Assembly: GCA_002269645.1 (NCBI GenBank)
Contig: NIVC01001377.1
Coordinates: forward strand, 186,001 to 250,000
DNA from: Macrostomum lignano
Taxonomy: Eukaryota
Length of the DNA stretch: 64,000 nt
Direction: 5' to 3'
In this document: positions 15,701-27,700 of the stretch, in pieces
Layout: each line of letters starts with the position of its first letter
How positions within the stretch are numbered: position 1 is the first letter of the stretch
Notes under the pieces: model-generated
The model's database searches: none
What the model saw: the letters and a program-made list of their open reading frames with translations, nothing else
What the model was told of the DNA's origin: nothing
Program-made: the position numbers and the translations under genes

Positions 15701-18700
15701 CAGGCACCTTAAGGCAGAGAGACGAAGTCTGATTCGGCAACCGATATTAATCACTATCTTCATCATCAAGACCTTCGTGCCATCTGTCCATGCCCAGTCC
15801 AAGAAAGGTGCAAAAGCTATTGAAATCTTACAAACGTTCTCTTCAAAACAAGTACCACAAAACTCTATCATGCGCTCAATGCACAGGAAAATTAAGGGAA
15901 AAGTGAGAACCCCAAAAAAGGCGATATCGAGATTCACAAAAATGCATTTTGAATGAACCAGCTGCGCATGAATTCTTGACCTGGAATATTTTGATTAGCA
16001 GCATTTTTCTCTAAAGCAATCAGTGGACAAGAAAATTTTCGACATTTTACTTAAGTGTGAAATTTGCACCCACCTTGCACTTTATAGTCCTAAAGCCTAT
16101 GAATATGTTGTTATATATCGCTTGCGTTCGCTATCCCTCTGGATGTGCTGGCTGCCGCAACACAATCCTTGCGGGGCCACAGCGCAGTGTGCAATGAAGA
16201 CGAGGTCGGCGACGATGCCCCAGCCGACCCAGTCGTCTGGAATGGTACGGTGCACAGCACCAAGGCCCGGGCCCGGTACCACGTCGGTGCCGCGTACCTG
16301 ACTGGCGAGCCGCAGGAGCCGCTTGATCTTGAGTGCACGAATAACTGCCTCGGTCATCTGGCCACCTTTTTCGAAATTCTGCGGCCGACCCATTCGCTCG
16401 GCTCTTCGCCGATAGTCAGGTCCGGCGCTACCTGGCTCTGCAATCAGTTTGCAGACTACAGTGATGATTGGCGGCACCTACTGATCAGCTACAGGACGTC
16501 AATGGCCCGGACCGGCACTGCGATCCAGCAGTGGCTAGACAGCGCCGACAACATCAGGCCTGTGCCATACGGAGAGTACGCAGCATTTGCCGAGGCTGCC
16601 GGAGCTCAGCCAATGGACCGTGCGGAGTATAACACCATGGTCGATAATGTCCTGGCCACTGGCGCCGCCGCGCAGGGCCAAGGGCTAGCGCAGGCCATAG
16701 GAGGCGCCGCCCCACAGGTGGACCTGGCTGCGTTGGGCCCACTCCTCGCACAGGTACAGGCGCAGCTCGCTGCGCAAGGCGGAGCCGCCGCGGCTGCCCG
16801 CCCGGCTGCCCAGGCGGCTGCCCAGCCAGCTGCCCAGCCTGCCGCACAGCCAGCAGCCCCAGCCGCAGCACCGCAGCCGCCACCCGGCCCAGGCGGCGCA
16901 GCCGGAGGAGTAGGCCGAGGCCGAGGAGGAGGCCCGCCTGTCCCTGCGCCAGGCCACCAGGCGACCGGTGGTCTGCCGACCATGGCGGAAAACTAGAGCC
17001 GCTCAGGCCTCTACCACAGGCGGTGGCGCGCCCGCTGAGCCCGCCGCCTGCGCCTGAGCGAGATACTTCAGCTAGCACTATCCCGAAAGCCCCGGTTGTC
17101 GAGCGGCCAGACGTCTCGGGGCAGCCAACCAGGCCTTCTTTAACTTCAAAAGCGGATTTCAAACGCTAAATGCATTCCTGGATTTTGTGATCAAGCTTTA
17201 CAAGAACTATATCAGCGACGCAGCTAAGACGATGGCACAGCCTTTTACTACTGCAATGTGGTAGCCGATGCATATCAGCTGATGCATTTCCCGAACTTGA
17301 CTTGTATTCCGCGGCTGCCAGCATTGGCATTGAATCCCACGAGCTGCATTTGATTCGCAGCATGGCGCTGCTTTACATGCGGATTCGAATGTGTGGCGAA
17401 AGACCTTCCATGCACAAGAAGCAAATTAGGGACGAGGCAAAAGCTCCTAAGGACAGAAATATTTTTCTACCTGAAGTTCAGCCTATTTCAGTGGATGCCT
17501 AGTAAGTTTAACTCATACTATAACTGTACAAGCAAGCTTTAAAATGATTGATTGGAAATAATCTCTCGAAAAAAGATTTCAAGAGCTTTAAATACCGGAT
17601 TTTTCACGGAGGGATCGTACCGTCCGCGGAGGGGGTTGGCTGGGCAGTCTAGTCTTACTTCTTTCTCTGTGGAGTCAATCTCCTCTGAACGCTCCCCCAA
17701 GCTATGTGTGCACTATCTGTACGTGTATCTTCCATGTCACTGCACGCCTGGCTAGCTGGGGCCCAGACAGGGAATACTCTACATATGAAGTAATACTTCC
17801 CGATTCAGGCCTGTCTGGGCAGACTATCCCAGGCCAATGTTTCTTGCAAAGAAAACTAGCATGACTTGCCCAACGTCCTTTTTTCGAAAGATCAGAAGAG
17901 CCGGGGCAGAGAGGACGGTGAGAATAAAATGATTTTGAAGAGGAAAACAATGAATTAAGGACGCTTAATGTACATTATGTACACAATAGTGCGTACTCTG
18001 GCTCTAGAGTTGAACAATGCAAGTACATGTGCATTTTCCCTTGTCCCTTTGTTGCAGCTCATTTATATATCTTCAACAAAGTTTAGAGTAACGAAAAAAT
18101 AAAATTTTCAAATGCTGTGTTATTGACTGTAATTTCCAGCTATGCAAATGCGACACCAAGAGATAAGAAAATAAGCTTCTATTCTTTTCCAAAGGACCCT
18201 TCTTTGCTGCAGCGATGGCTACATGCCATTCCGAACAGAAATCTAAGTGCATCAGATTCTGTGCATCAAAAATTTTACGGAATCTGATTTTGTGACTCTG
18301 TCATCGGATGGGAAGCGAAAACTTGCCGCTTTGAATTCGAAAATGCAGCTGATTCGACTCAAAGCTAAAGCTGTTCCAGCTGTTCAAAGCTAAAGCTGTG
18401 TCCAGGCTCAAACCAGTGCACTGACGAATTCCTTGGAAACGATGAATTGCATGATTTTGAGGATGCTCTAATGAAGGTTGAAAGTTCTATGCTTTTATCA
18501 GGATTTGTGAGAAGCACGGACGATGAATCTATTTTATTCTACCGAATCAAGAGGTCCGTCTCACAATTCAATTCAGCTCATCAGCTTCTTGCCTCAGTCA
18601 TTGTGCTTAGGGATCTCACCTTTCAGGCGTCTATGTTTGGACTTGCTTCCCCAGCTCAAAGTTCTGACCAGTTCAGTCATCTGTTTCCAAATCAAAAGGA

Positions 18701-21700
18701 TTTATCGCATTTGCGACAGCTGTGAACTTTGGAAAACATGTTGGCATTGCTAAGTCTTTTGTTGATAAACTAACGATTCGGCCGCTTTATCTTTATTTGT
18801 CAAACAAGTTTTTAGTTGCTATCTTGAATCCATTGCCGAAGATTCTGACCGTAAATTTGTGAAGTTTATCGCCCAACAATACTCTCTCGTTCATAATGAT
18901 CATTTCTGATGAACCATGCTCATCCTTGCGCAGAAATGAGCAAGGCTTTCTGAACGTAATGTTCTACGTCGCAGGCTACCTGACCAAATCAGTCAACAAA
19001 GGGTGCCAGCAATGTAAGCAGTTTTTAATTAGCAAAGAAAAACCGCTTTTACTGGAGGTCACAACTGATTTCCTTTCTATTCATCAATTTCTTGTGCGCC
19101 AATTGACTAGAGGTGAATTGTGCAGCCCTTCAGATTCTGCCTTTATTTTGTACATGACAGTTTAACGCCTTCGGGAATATTTGCAGTTTAAAAGAACTGC
19201 TTCAGAAGTTATTGAGCAGCAAACTACATCAGATTTTGTATCATTCTTAATAGTTAAGATGCAAACAATGTGGATTGTGACGCAAATCTTAGTTTAAGCG
19301 ATGACAGCTTATCTGCAGCGTTTGATTCGCAGTACAATCGTCGCTGGCGCAGTCAACTGAACTGGCAGGTTCCACGGCAGAAAAGCACCCAAGGATTGCC
19401 TTCAAGAACCCGATGGTGCACAAAAGAGCTATGCTGGCTGCACTTCAGTCAGCTGAGTCAAATGAAGTTGCGGCCAGAAGACAATCGCCTTCTGGCTGAC
19501 TTGGTCGCTGCTAAGGAACGGCAAGTTATCCACGCCGTTTATCTTGCCGAGTTGGTGTGTCACGATGGCACGACCGTCGATTTGGAATCTATTAATAGAC
19601 ACGATCCAATTCATTGGCTAGAAAGTTTGTCACGGCAAGGATGCGCTGAAAGTTCACTTGCTCTCGGTAAAGCGAAACTTCTCGTGGTCATCAGTTGAAG
19701 CTAGTGTAAATCAATTCCTAAGGGACATGCGCACGAGCAAGGATAAGGACAAGTACTACCTCGTAGAGTACCGCCAACTTCTATGCCTTTTTGGAGTGCA
19801 AATTATCATCTGACCTATATTTATTACAGCTTACGTCAATTAGGCTAAATGTCTGATTCAACAGCGTGCAATCAACCGCCTCCCAAGAGTAGAGAGAGAC
19901 CTTTTATCTTTTCTTTGTGTAGTAAAAGTCACTTTACCAATAGTTTCTTACAAATATTTTCAATATTTTTTACGTTAATTAACGCTCTAGTTCTATAGTC
20001 TGTGAGCTTTTACCACAGAAAATGTTTGGTATCTTTAAACATCGTAATTTGAAGTCCACGCACCACACTTTGCTACGCAATTTTTCATTTTTTACTTCGC
20101 TGTACTTTTAGTAACAATGTTGACGTGTTTTATTGTCACTGGTAATACAAAGTCTTTTATAATATAATAAAAATATATAAATTCCTTCAGTAAGTTTTAT
20201 GACAAATTAAATATATGGCATAATAAAGTATTACTATTAGTAGCGGCTTTAATAAATTCACAAGATACCTCAGTTTCCGTGTTAAAATATATCTAGATAT
20301 TAAAAAATACCTAGGATTTACCTAAATAAAATTTATCGTTTACACGAACATGACAAGTGCAGACTAGTTACTCAAATAGGGTGACAGCACAAAGTAAAAA
20401 AGCTTACATACCCTCAACATTCTACTTAACTTATGGTAGGGTGAAAAAATATTTTTGAAATATTACGACAGCCGCCAAGTAGAGTCTGGGCGCCGACTTG
20501 GCGTAATCCATACCGGTATTTAAGTCTCTCACAATGAGAATAATTTGGTTGAAACCTTCAACCCAGTATGTTGAATTGCTCGGCTGAAGCACAAGTGCAT
20601 TATAATTCCGCAGGGTGGTTGCAGTGAGCTTGTAATTATCCTCTTATGCAACTTACTGTTTATATTCCGCTACAGTTAATTCAAAATGTATCTATATTTT
20701 ATGGTGCTTAATTAGTTAAATGATTATATTGTTAAATGCTAATGAAGTGCTAATGAAAACTTGGCAAAATTCTGTCATCAAAATTTTAGTGTCCAAGAGC
20801 TATCGATTGACAGCATGTTTTTGTGTAAGCCATCGTTATTTGTCCGCCTCTGGACGAATAACAAGTACCTTTTGTGCACCAGCTATAGTTATATTGATTC
20901 CTTCCTAATTACTCGCGATTTCGGCCTCTTTACGTAGGTATTCATAGTTTTTTTGGCCTATATGCTCTCGTAACTCCCATGTATTTTGGTATTTCACTGT
21001 GTGGCCATTTTATTGTGGAATTATACGAGCGTACATAAATCCCATTAATGAAACTTGTTTGGCAATTGAGAAGACTAATGCTTCTTTGCCAACAGATTAG
21101 TTGTGTCCACTGTGCCAAAATCCAGTGTCTTATCTTTCGAGACACCTTCGATTTTGGCACGAATTATCAGCTTCTGATGCGATTGATGTACTAAAGGAAG
21201 AGAAAAAGAACACTGTGCTGCAAAAAGTCGAACAATCTTGGGCAGCAAGCACAGCTAAGAAAATTAAGCCTGAGGCACCAGCATCTAATGAAACTGTTAC
21301 TAATTTGCCAACGCTCGACGATTTCGAGGAGCATCTTAAAAGTTACGAAGGAACACAAAAAGCTGCTAGTACATCTGTGCAGCGTCGTCGAAGTTTAGCT
21401 GCTATTATGCGGCACATCGGCACGGACGACCTATTCGATGTTATAAAGGAAGACAATCGTCGCGCTGTTTCATCCTTCTTAACTGAGAAGAGCACGGCGC
21501 CTTGGCACTTACGAGTACTTACGGTCCCGATTTAAAAAGCTCATTGAACGTAGCGAGATGACTTCAGAGCTAGATTCGTTTGAGGCGACTTGTGCGTGCT
21601 ACGGAAAGTCTCGTTTACAGGATGAGAAACGCGCCGAAACTTTGCGCAGAATAAAACTGGACGAGGAAATACTCTCCGTTGAAGAAATTCGTGCCATTCT

Positions 21701-24700
21701 TGATTGCATACAAGCGTTGAAGCCTCCGGCTGAAGTCAATAATCAATCTGAGGAAACAATTCCCTATCTAAGACTCAATTTTATGTGTTCTCGTAGCACT
21801 TTAACTGGGCCGACGTTGTTTCAAACGCCGTAGTGAAAGAATTCACTTGTTGGAAGGAGGAAGAGTGCCGTAAGGAAGGAGCGCTATTCAAAGTTTTTAA
21901 GCATAAAACCGGAGAGTTAGGACCGGTTTTTATCTCTGTCGAAGAAGTTAAGGATTTGCTTATTGCATATGGTGAGCATCGACTTAAATCTGGCGCCAAA
22001 CCTAATGATCATCTTTTTTTATTCGGCGCAAGAGACCACTCATTCTCGACACTTCTGCGACAAAAGAGATCAAAGTATCCAGCATTCGAAACTATTAAGC
22101 GCTTGAACGCAAACAGCTTTCGCTATTTTTGGAGACTAAAAACCGTGAATTAAATGGAAACGACCCCGAGAAGCAACATCTTGTGAACTATTCGATGAAC
22201 CACACAAGGGCTGTTGCCGTTAAGTCTTACATGGCGAACACAACTACTTATGCCCGAGCCGCGAAGTCTGCGCTGGAATCAACATTCGATACCGCTCTAG
22301 CGGATGGCCAAGGCAGTGTTGATGCACCGACGTCAAGTTGCACACCAGCCATGAACTCGTGGCCTGCCTGTCGTAAGAAGGTCAATCACGATGCTTCGGA
22401 CGATGGAAAGAAAAAGAAAGCAGTCCAAAGCAAACCTGAAAAATAGGTTGTGCACAAACGGCACTCATCTTCGTCCCAACCTCCATCGATCGATTCGTCA
22501 GAACCTGCAGAGAAAAAGCAATCTGCTGAGGTTAATTTTAACAGCAGCCGTCTACAACACGAACATAGCTCGTATGTGTAGAACACTAGAGTGCGGAGAC
22601 ATAATCAACGCTAAGTTTTCTACATATCCTTTTTGGCCTGCTATGGTCTGCAATGACCCGGTTTCAGGAATTCGGATTCGTCGACAGGAAATTCACGTAC
22701 AATTCTTCGAAAGACCTCCTACTAGAATGTGGATTAAGTTCGGCAACATCAAGCAGTTTGATCATCAAACACGACCAATTCTTTCGTTTTTCTTTTTTTC
22801 CTTTATTGTGCTTTTGCTACATAATATTTAGCCCCATCATTGCCCTCTTTCTGTTTTTGCTTAAGAATTGAACCAAGCCCCGGTTTTTTGCTTTGAGCTG
22901 CTGATTTCTGCTGCGTGCTGCTTTTTCTGAAATAATTCCTTCAATTAAAAGGCGTAAAAGTCTCTAGGCGTAGAGCGGTTGCCTCGCTCTATCGGCTATT
23001 TGATTGAAGAGTATTTCAATTTCAAAATTGTTTCATTATCGTTATTGGTTTAATTTATTTTCAATTGTTGACTTAATTATCGTTAATCACTATTAGTCAA
23101 AAAGCTTTTTCAAACATCTATAACAGCAATTGGAAGATTGGGTAACCGAATATATAAATATTGAAAATGGCATACACAGTATGGCTACATGTGTTTATCT
23201 ATATCTGACATTATTAAGGCGCACAGGCTGATGTCACGATGGTTAGGTTTAGGGTTAGGGTTAGCTGCGTCACGCTTAATTTTTGTCTCTTTCTCGTGGG
23301 ACACACTGCGTCATTCTTGCGTCATTATTTCAAGATTTCCGCCACGTCAGATTTTTTTTCTGTTCGTCATTGACGGTCACCAATAGTACGCGTACATCAT
23401 TATCTGAAGCATAGATTTTATATTTGTTTCTGTTTTTTCCACTAATCTTTCCTGTGTCTATTTATTTCATAATCCATGCAAACAAACAATAACTGCAGCT
23501 AACTGTAGTCGGCAGCAACGACCTTAATGCTGTAACGCATCCAGAATGTCTCAGAAGTGATAAAGCACCAACGATTTGCAATGCCTCAAAAGTGCTTCGT
23601 GTGAAACTTTTCAGTGACTGAATTTATAACTAAACTAAATAAAGAGTCGTTATAGAGTCGCCCCACGGCCACGAGAGTCAACCCAGAGCCTCGAAGTGAC
23701 TTTTGGGCGATTCTTAGACAACTGTGTGACGATTTGAACCATGACTTCTCATCGTCGTTGTCGTTTAGAGTCACTTTTTTTCTTCTTTTACCTGTATAAT
23801 CTGCAACGGTTCTGGGGCGATGCAAGTAACTCTGGGACGCTTTTTCTTCTTGGATTGAGTACCGTTTTTATCGGGAAATTGGGAATTGCCTCTGAAGGAT
23901 ACTGAGAATCGCTTTTAGACCACTTTGGCCTTAAACAACACGAAGGATCCCCTTCTACCCCTAACCGATAGCAGCACTCCCTCACAATGCCCCAAAGCCG
24001 CTCACCTTAGGAATGGCCCTATGGATGCCATCAATCAGGCTTCCATACCCAGCCGATAGCAGGCCGTCGCACTCGTCCAGCACAAACAGTCGGCAGGCCT
24101 GCAGAGACAGCGCGCCCTGATCGATGAGGTCCTTCAGCCTGCCTGGCGTGGCCACAACAATGTCCACACCGCGCCGCAGGGAGTCCAGCTGCTCCTTGAC
24201 AGCCTGCCCGCCAATGATAAGCAGCTCAGTAGGGCTAGGATTAGTCAGGTAGCGTTTGAACTTGCGCAGCTGATCCAGGGTCTGCTCGGCCAGCTCCCGG
24301 GACGGCTCGATGATGATAGCCAAGGGCGCGTTCTTTGGCGGAGAGGCCGAGCTGGACTGGCTGCCAGAGCTGGAGGACTGAAAAAATGTAGATCATTAAA
24401 ATTTTACTTGTTTCTAGATTTAAAAAAATGTTTAAAAACGATCTGAAAGACGCGGTTTGTGTCTGTTGCACAATGTGTTGATATGTGTTGTTAGTTAGAC
24501 ACATTAAAAACATGTTAGTCAAATTTTTACAAACATATTGGGCAGACCCCTTTTAAACCTTCAAGAGACACCGCGCCCATAAACACGTTTGACAAACATA
24601 TCCTACAAAAACTTTGAAGACAGTCACCTGAGCCTGTTAGAAAGCTCTTTAGAACATATTTACAGACACATAAACCTTTTAGACAGACACCTAACCTGTT

Positions 24701-27700
24701 AAGACAGACACCTAAACCAGATAGACAGACACTAAATCAATTAGACAGACACTAAACCTGTTAGACAGACACCTAAATCTGTTAGACAGACACCTAAACC
24801 TGTTAGACAGACACCTAAATCTGTTAGACAGACACCTAAATATGTTAGACAGACACCTAAATATGTTAGACAGACACCTAAATCTGTTAGACAGACACCT
24901 AAATCTGTTAGACAGACACCTAAATCTGTTAGACAGACACCTAAGCCTGTTAGACAGACACCTAAATCTGTTATGTTAGACAGACATCTAAATCTGTTAG
25001 ACAGATCTAAACATTTTAGACAGACACCTAAATCTGTTAGACAGATCTAAACATTTTAGACAGACACCTAAATCTGTTAGACAGACACGTAAACCTGCTA
25101 TTAACACCCTATAGAACCTGTTAGAAATGCAGAAAGGCTAACAAATGCAATAGTCTCACTGGTCCCAATGCTACGCAGTCCTTAGCAGCCTGGCAGACGG
25201 CCACAAAAGGCTTGGACGGCGGATGCTTGAACTCGCTAAGGCCAAAGTTGACCCGCAGCTCAGCATTCTTCAGGCACACGCAGGGAAAGAACGCAGCGCT
25301 CCGATGCCCGGCATCAATGTCGAACGCTTTGCCAAACAGTTTGCCATTCTTGGAAAATGCAATTTCGCCCTTGTCCAAATCGATGAAGCAGCCAATTGTG
25401 TCGCTAAGAATGAACGATTCGCCGTACGTGTCGAACTGTTTATGGTGCGACTTTTTTCCCGTGCCGCCGTAGCCGTAGCCCTCGCCGTCCGTGCCAAGAT
25501 CAAGTTTGGCTGCCGCTGTGGCCCAGCCAATCCTAGCCAAGCCTTCGTCCGTGACCGTGGCCTCGAAGTAGTACTTGCCGCGGGTCTTCACCCCGGTTAC
25601 GGCTCTGGTGCCGTGCCAGTCCTGTGGGACATTGTTTAGCATAGCAACTGAGTTAATCCTGTATAGTTACATGACTCAAAACTTTAAATAGACAAGCTAA
25701 AATGCGCATAGCAACTAAGTTGTTGACTATGGATACGTCATTTTAATAATACATTAATACATCCAAAACAACTAGCCAAAATCCACATGGTTCCTAAACA
25801 AAAAATGACTAGCCAAAACCTACATAGCAACCAACTTGTTTACTACGGATACGTGATGCTAATCATCGGTTCCCAAAAAAATATACTAGCAAAAATATGC
25901 ATGGCAACCAAGTTGTTTACCATGGATACGTGATGCTAACTATCGGTTCCTAAACAAAAAATGACTAGCAAAAATCAGCATAGCAACGAAGTTGTTTATC
26001 ATGAATACGTGATGCTAATTATCGGTTCGTAAACAAAAAATGACCAGCAAAAATCTGCATAGCAACCAAGTTGTTTACCATGGATACGTGATGCTAATTA
26101 TTGGTTCCTAAACAAAAATGACTAGTCAAAACTTTGTATAGCAACCAAGTTGTTTACCATAGATACGTGATGCTAATCATCGGTTCCTAAATAAAAAATA
26201 ACTAATCGAAAGTCTGCATAGCAACCAAGTTGTTTACCATGGATACGTGATGCTAATCATCGGTTCCTAAACAAAAAATGACTAGCCAAAATCAGCATAG
26301 CAACGAAGTTGTTTATCATGAATACGTGATGCTAATTATCGGTTCGTAAACAAAAAATGACCAGCAAAAATCTGCATAGCAACCAAGTTGTTTACCATGG
26401 ATACGTGATGCTAATCATCGGTTCCTAAACAAAAAATGACTAGCCAAAATCAACATAGCAACCAAGTTGTTTACCATGGATACGTGATGCTAATCATCGG
26501 TTCCTAAACAAAAAATGACTAGCCAAAAGCTTGTATAGCAACCAAGTTGTTTACCATGGATACGTGATGCTAATCATCGGTTCTTAAACAAAAAATGACT
26601 AGCCAAAATCTACATAACAACTAGTTGTTTACCATTGATACGTGATGCTAATTATCGGTTGCTAAACAAAACAGACTAGTCAAAACTTTGCATAGCAACC
26701 AGGTTGTTTATCATGAATCCGTGATGCCAATCCTCGTTTCCTAAACAAAAGATGACTAGCTAAATGCATAGCAACTAATTATTTACCTTGGATACGATTA
26801 TGCGACTTAACAATGCGTTTTTATGATATCTAAAACTGACAAGCTACATACGTACATAATAATCAAGCTTTGTTCGCAGATAGGCAAGCCATTGTTCAAC
26901 TCATTCACTAACCCGTTGGTGCCGACTCTGCACCAGCAGTCCCTCTGCATCGATAGCCAATTGTTCAGTACGATCGTGCATGTTAAATCGCCAGTGCTTC
27001 TTCTGGGCAGCGGCTGTATTAGAATTGGCGGCTTCAGAGGCTGATGCAGACTTGCCGGATGATTTGCCTGCAATGAAGGTTTGTAAGTTTGGTCAATTCA
27101 AAGTCATTATGTCAGAAGAGTGCGTAGGTAAGAGTAGAGAGTGCGTAGGCCAGAATATATAGGGAAGAGTGGGTAGGGGGATTAGGGTAGAGTGGGCAGG
27201 GTATAGTAGAGGAGAGTGGGTAGGGTAGAAGTAGAGTAGGTAAGGTAGAGTATGGTGGTGGGTAGGGTAGAAGGGGAGAGTGGATAGGGGACAGTAGGGG
27301 AGGGTTGGTAGGGGAGAGGGAGTATTTAGGGGAGGGTTGGGGAGCATGTAGGGGAAAGTAGGTAGGGGAGAGTGGGTAGGGGAGTGGGTAGGGGAGAGTG
27401 GGTAGGGGAGAGTGGGTAGGGGAGAGTGGGTAGGGGAGGGTGGCTAGAGGAGAGTAGAAGAGTGGGTAGAGTAGAGAAGTAGAGGAAGTGGGTAGAGGAG
27501 TGCGCAGGGAAGTGGTTAAGAGACTAGGTAAGTGGATTAGCTAAGAGTAAGCAAAGGCAGCTCAATCCCACCTTCACTAGCATCTTTAAGTGTCTCATAG
27601 ACAATCTGCAGCACAGGCAGGCAGAAGGCGCCAGTCTTGCCACTGCCAGTTTCAGCAGCCATAAGGACATCGCCGCCGCCAAGAATCAGGGGCACAGCCT

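Larger units (their letters stand above)
12492..23620. mobile_element. Candidate 11.1-kb composite/nested insertion in DDX1 intron 4
   Basis: Dense relics of transposon-type genes (YR, PWWP x2, BEN-like, THAP/P). Bracketed by an 11-bp direct repeat TTCAGTGACTG at 12492-12502 and 23610-23620; the boundaries are a hypothesis. Confidence 0.35.

Noticed and set aside
16097-17162. Minus-strand ORFs (126, 202, 125 and 90 aa) over the GC-rich island
   Set aside because: Antisense shadows; the plus-strand frame is longest and has the more protein-like composition.
20473-20503. CGCCAAGT/ACTTGGCG hairpin as a Helitron 3' end or att site
   Set aside because: No CTRR terminus follows, and the 15-nt spacer is too long for a YR core site.
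23241-23264. Chromosome end or telomere fusion
   Set aside because: Only four imperfect hexamers, inside an intact gene's intron.
25690-26800. 79-80-bp array as a CRISPR-like repeat-spacer locus
   Set aside because: Whole units are homologous with no unique spacers, no cas genes are present, and it lies in a eukaryotic intron.
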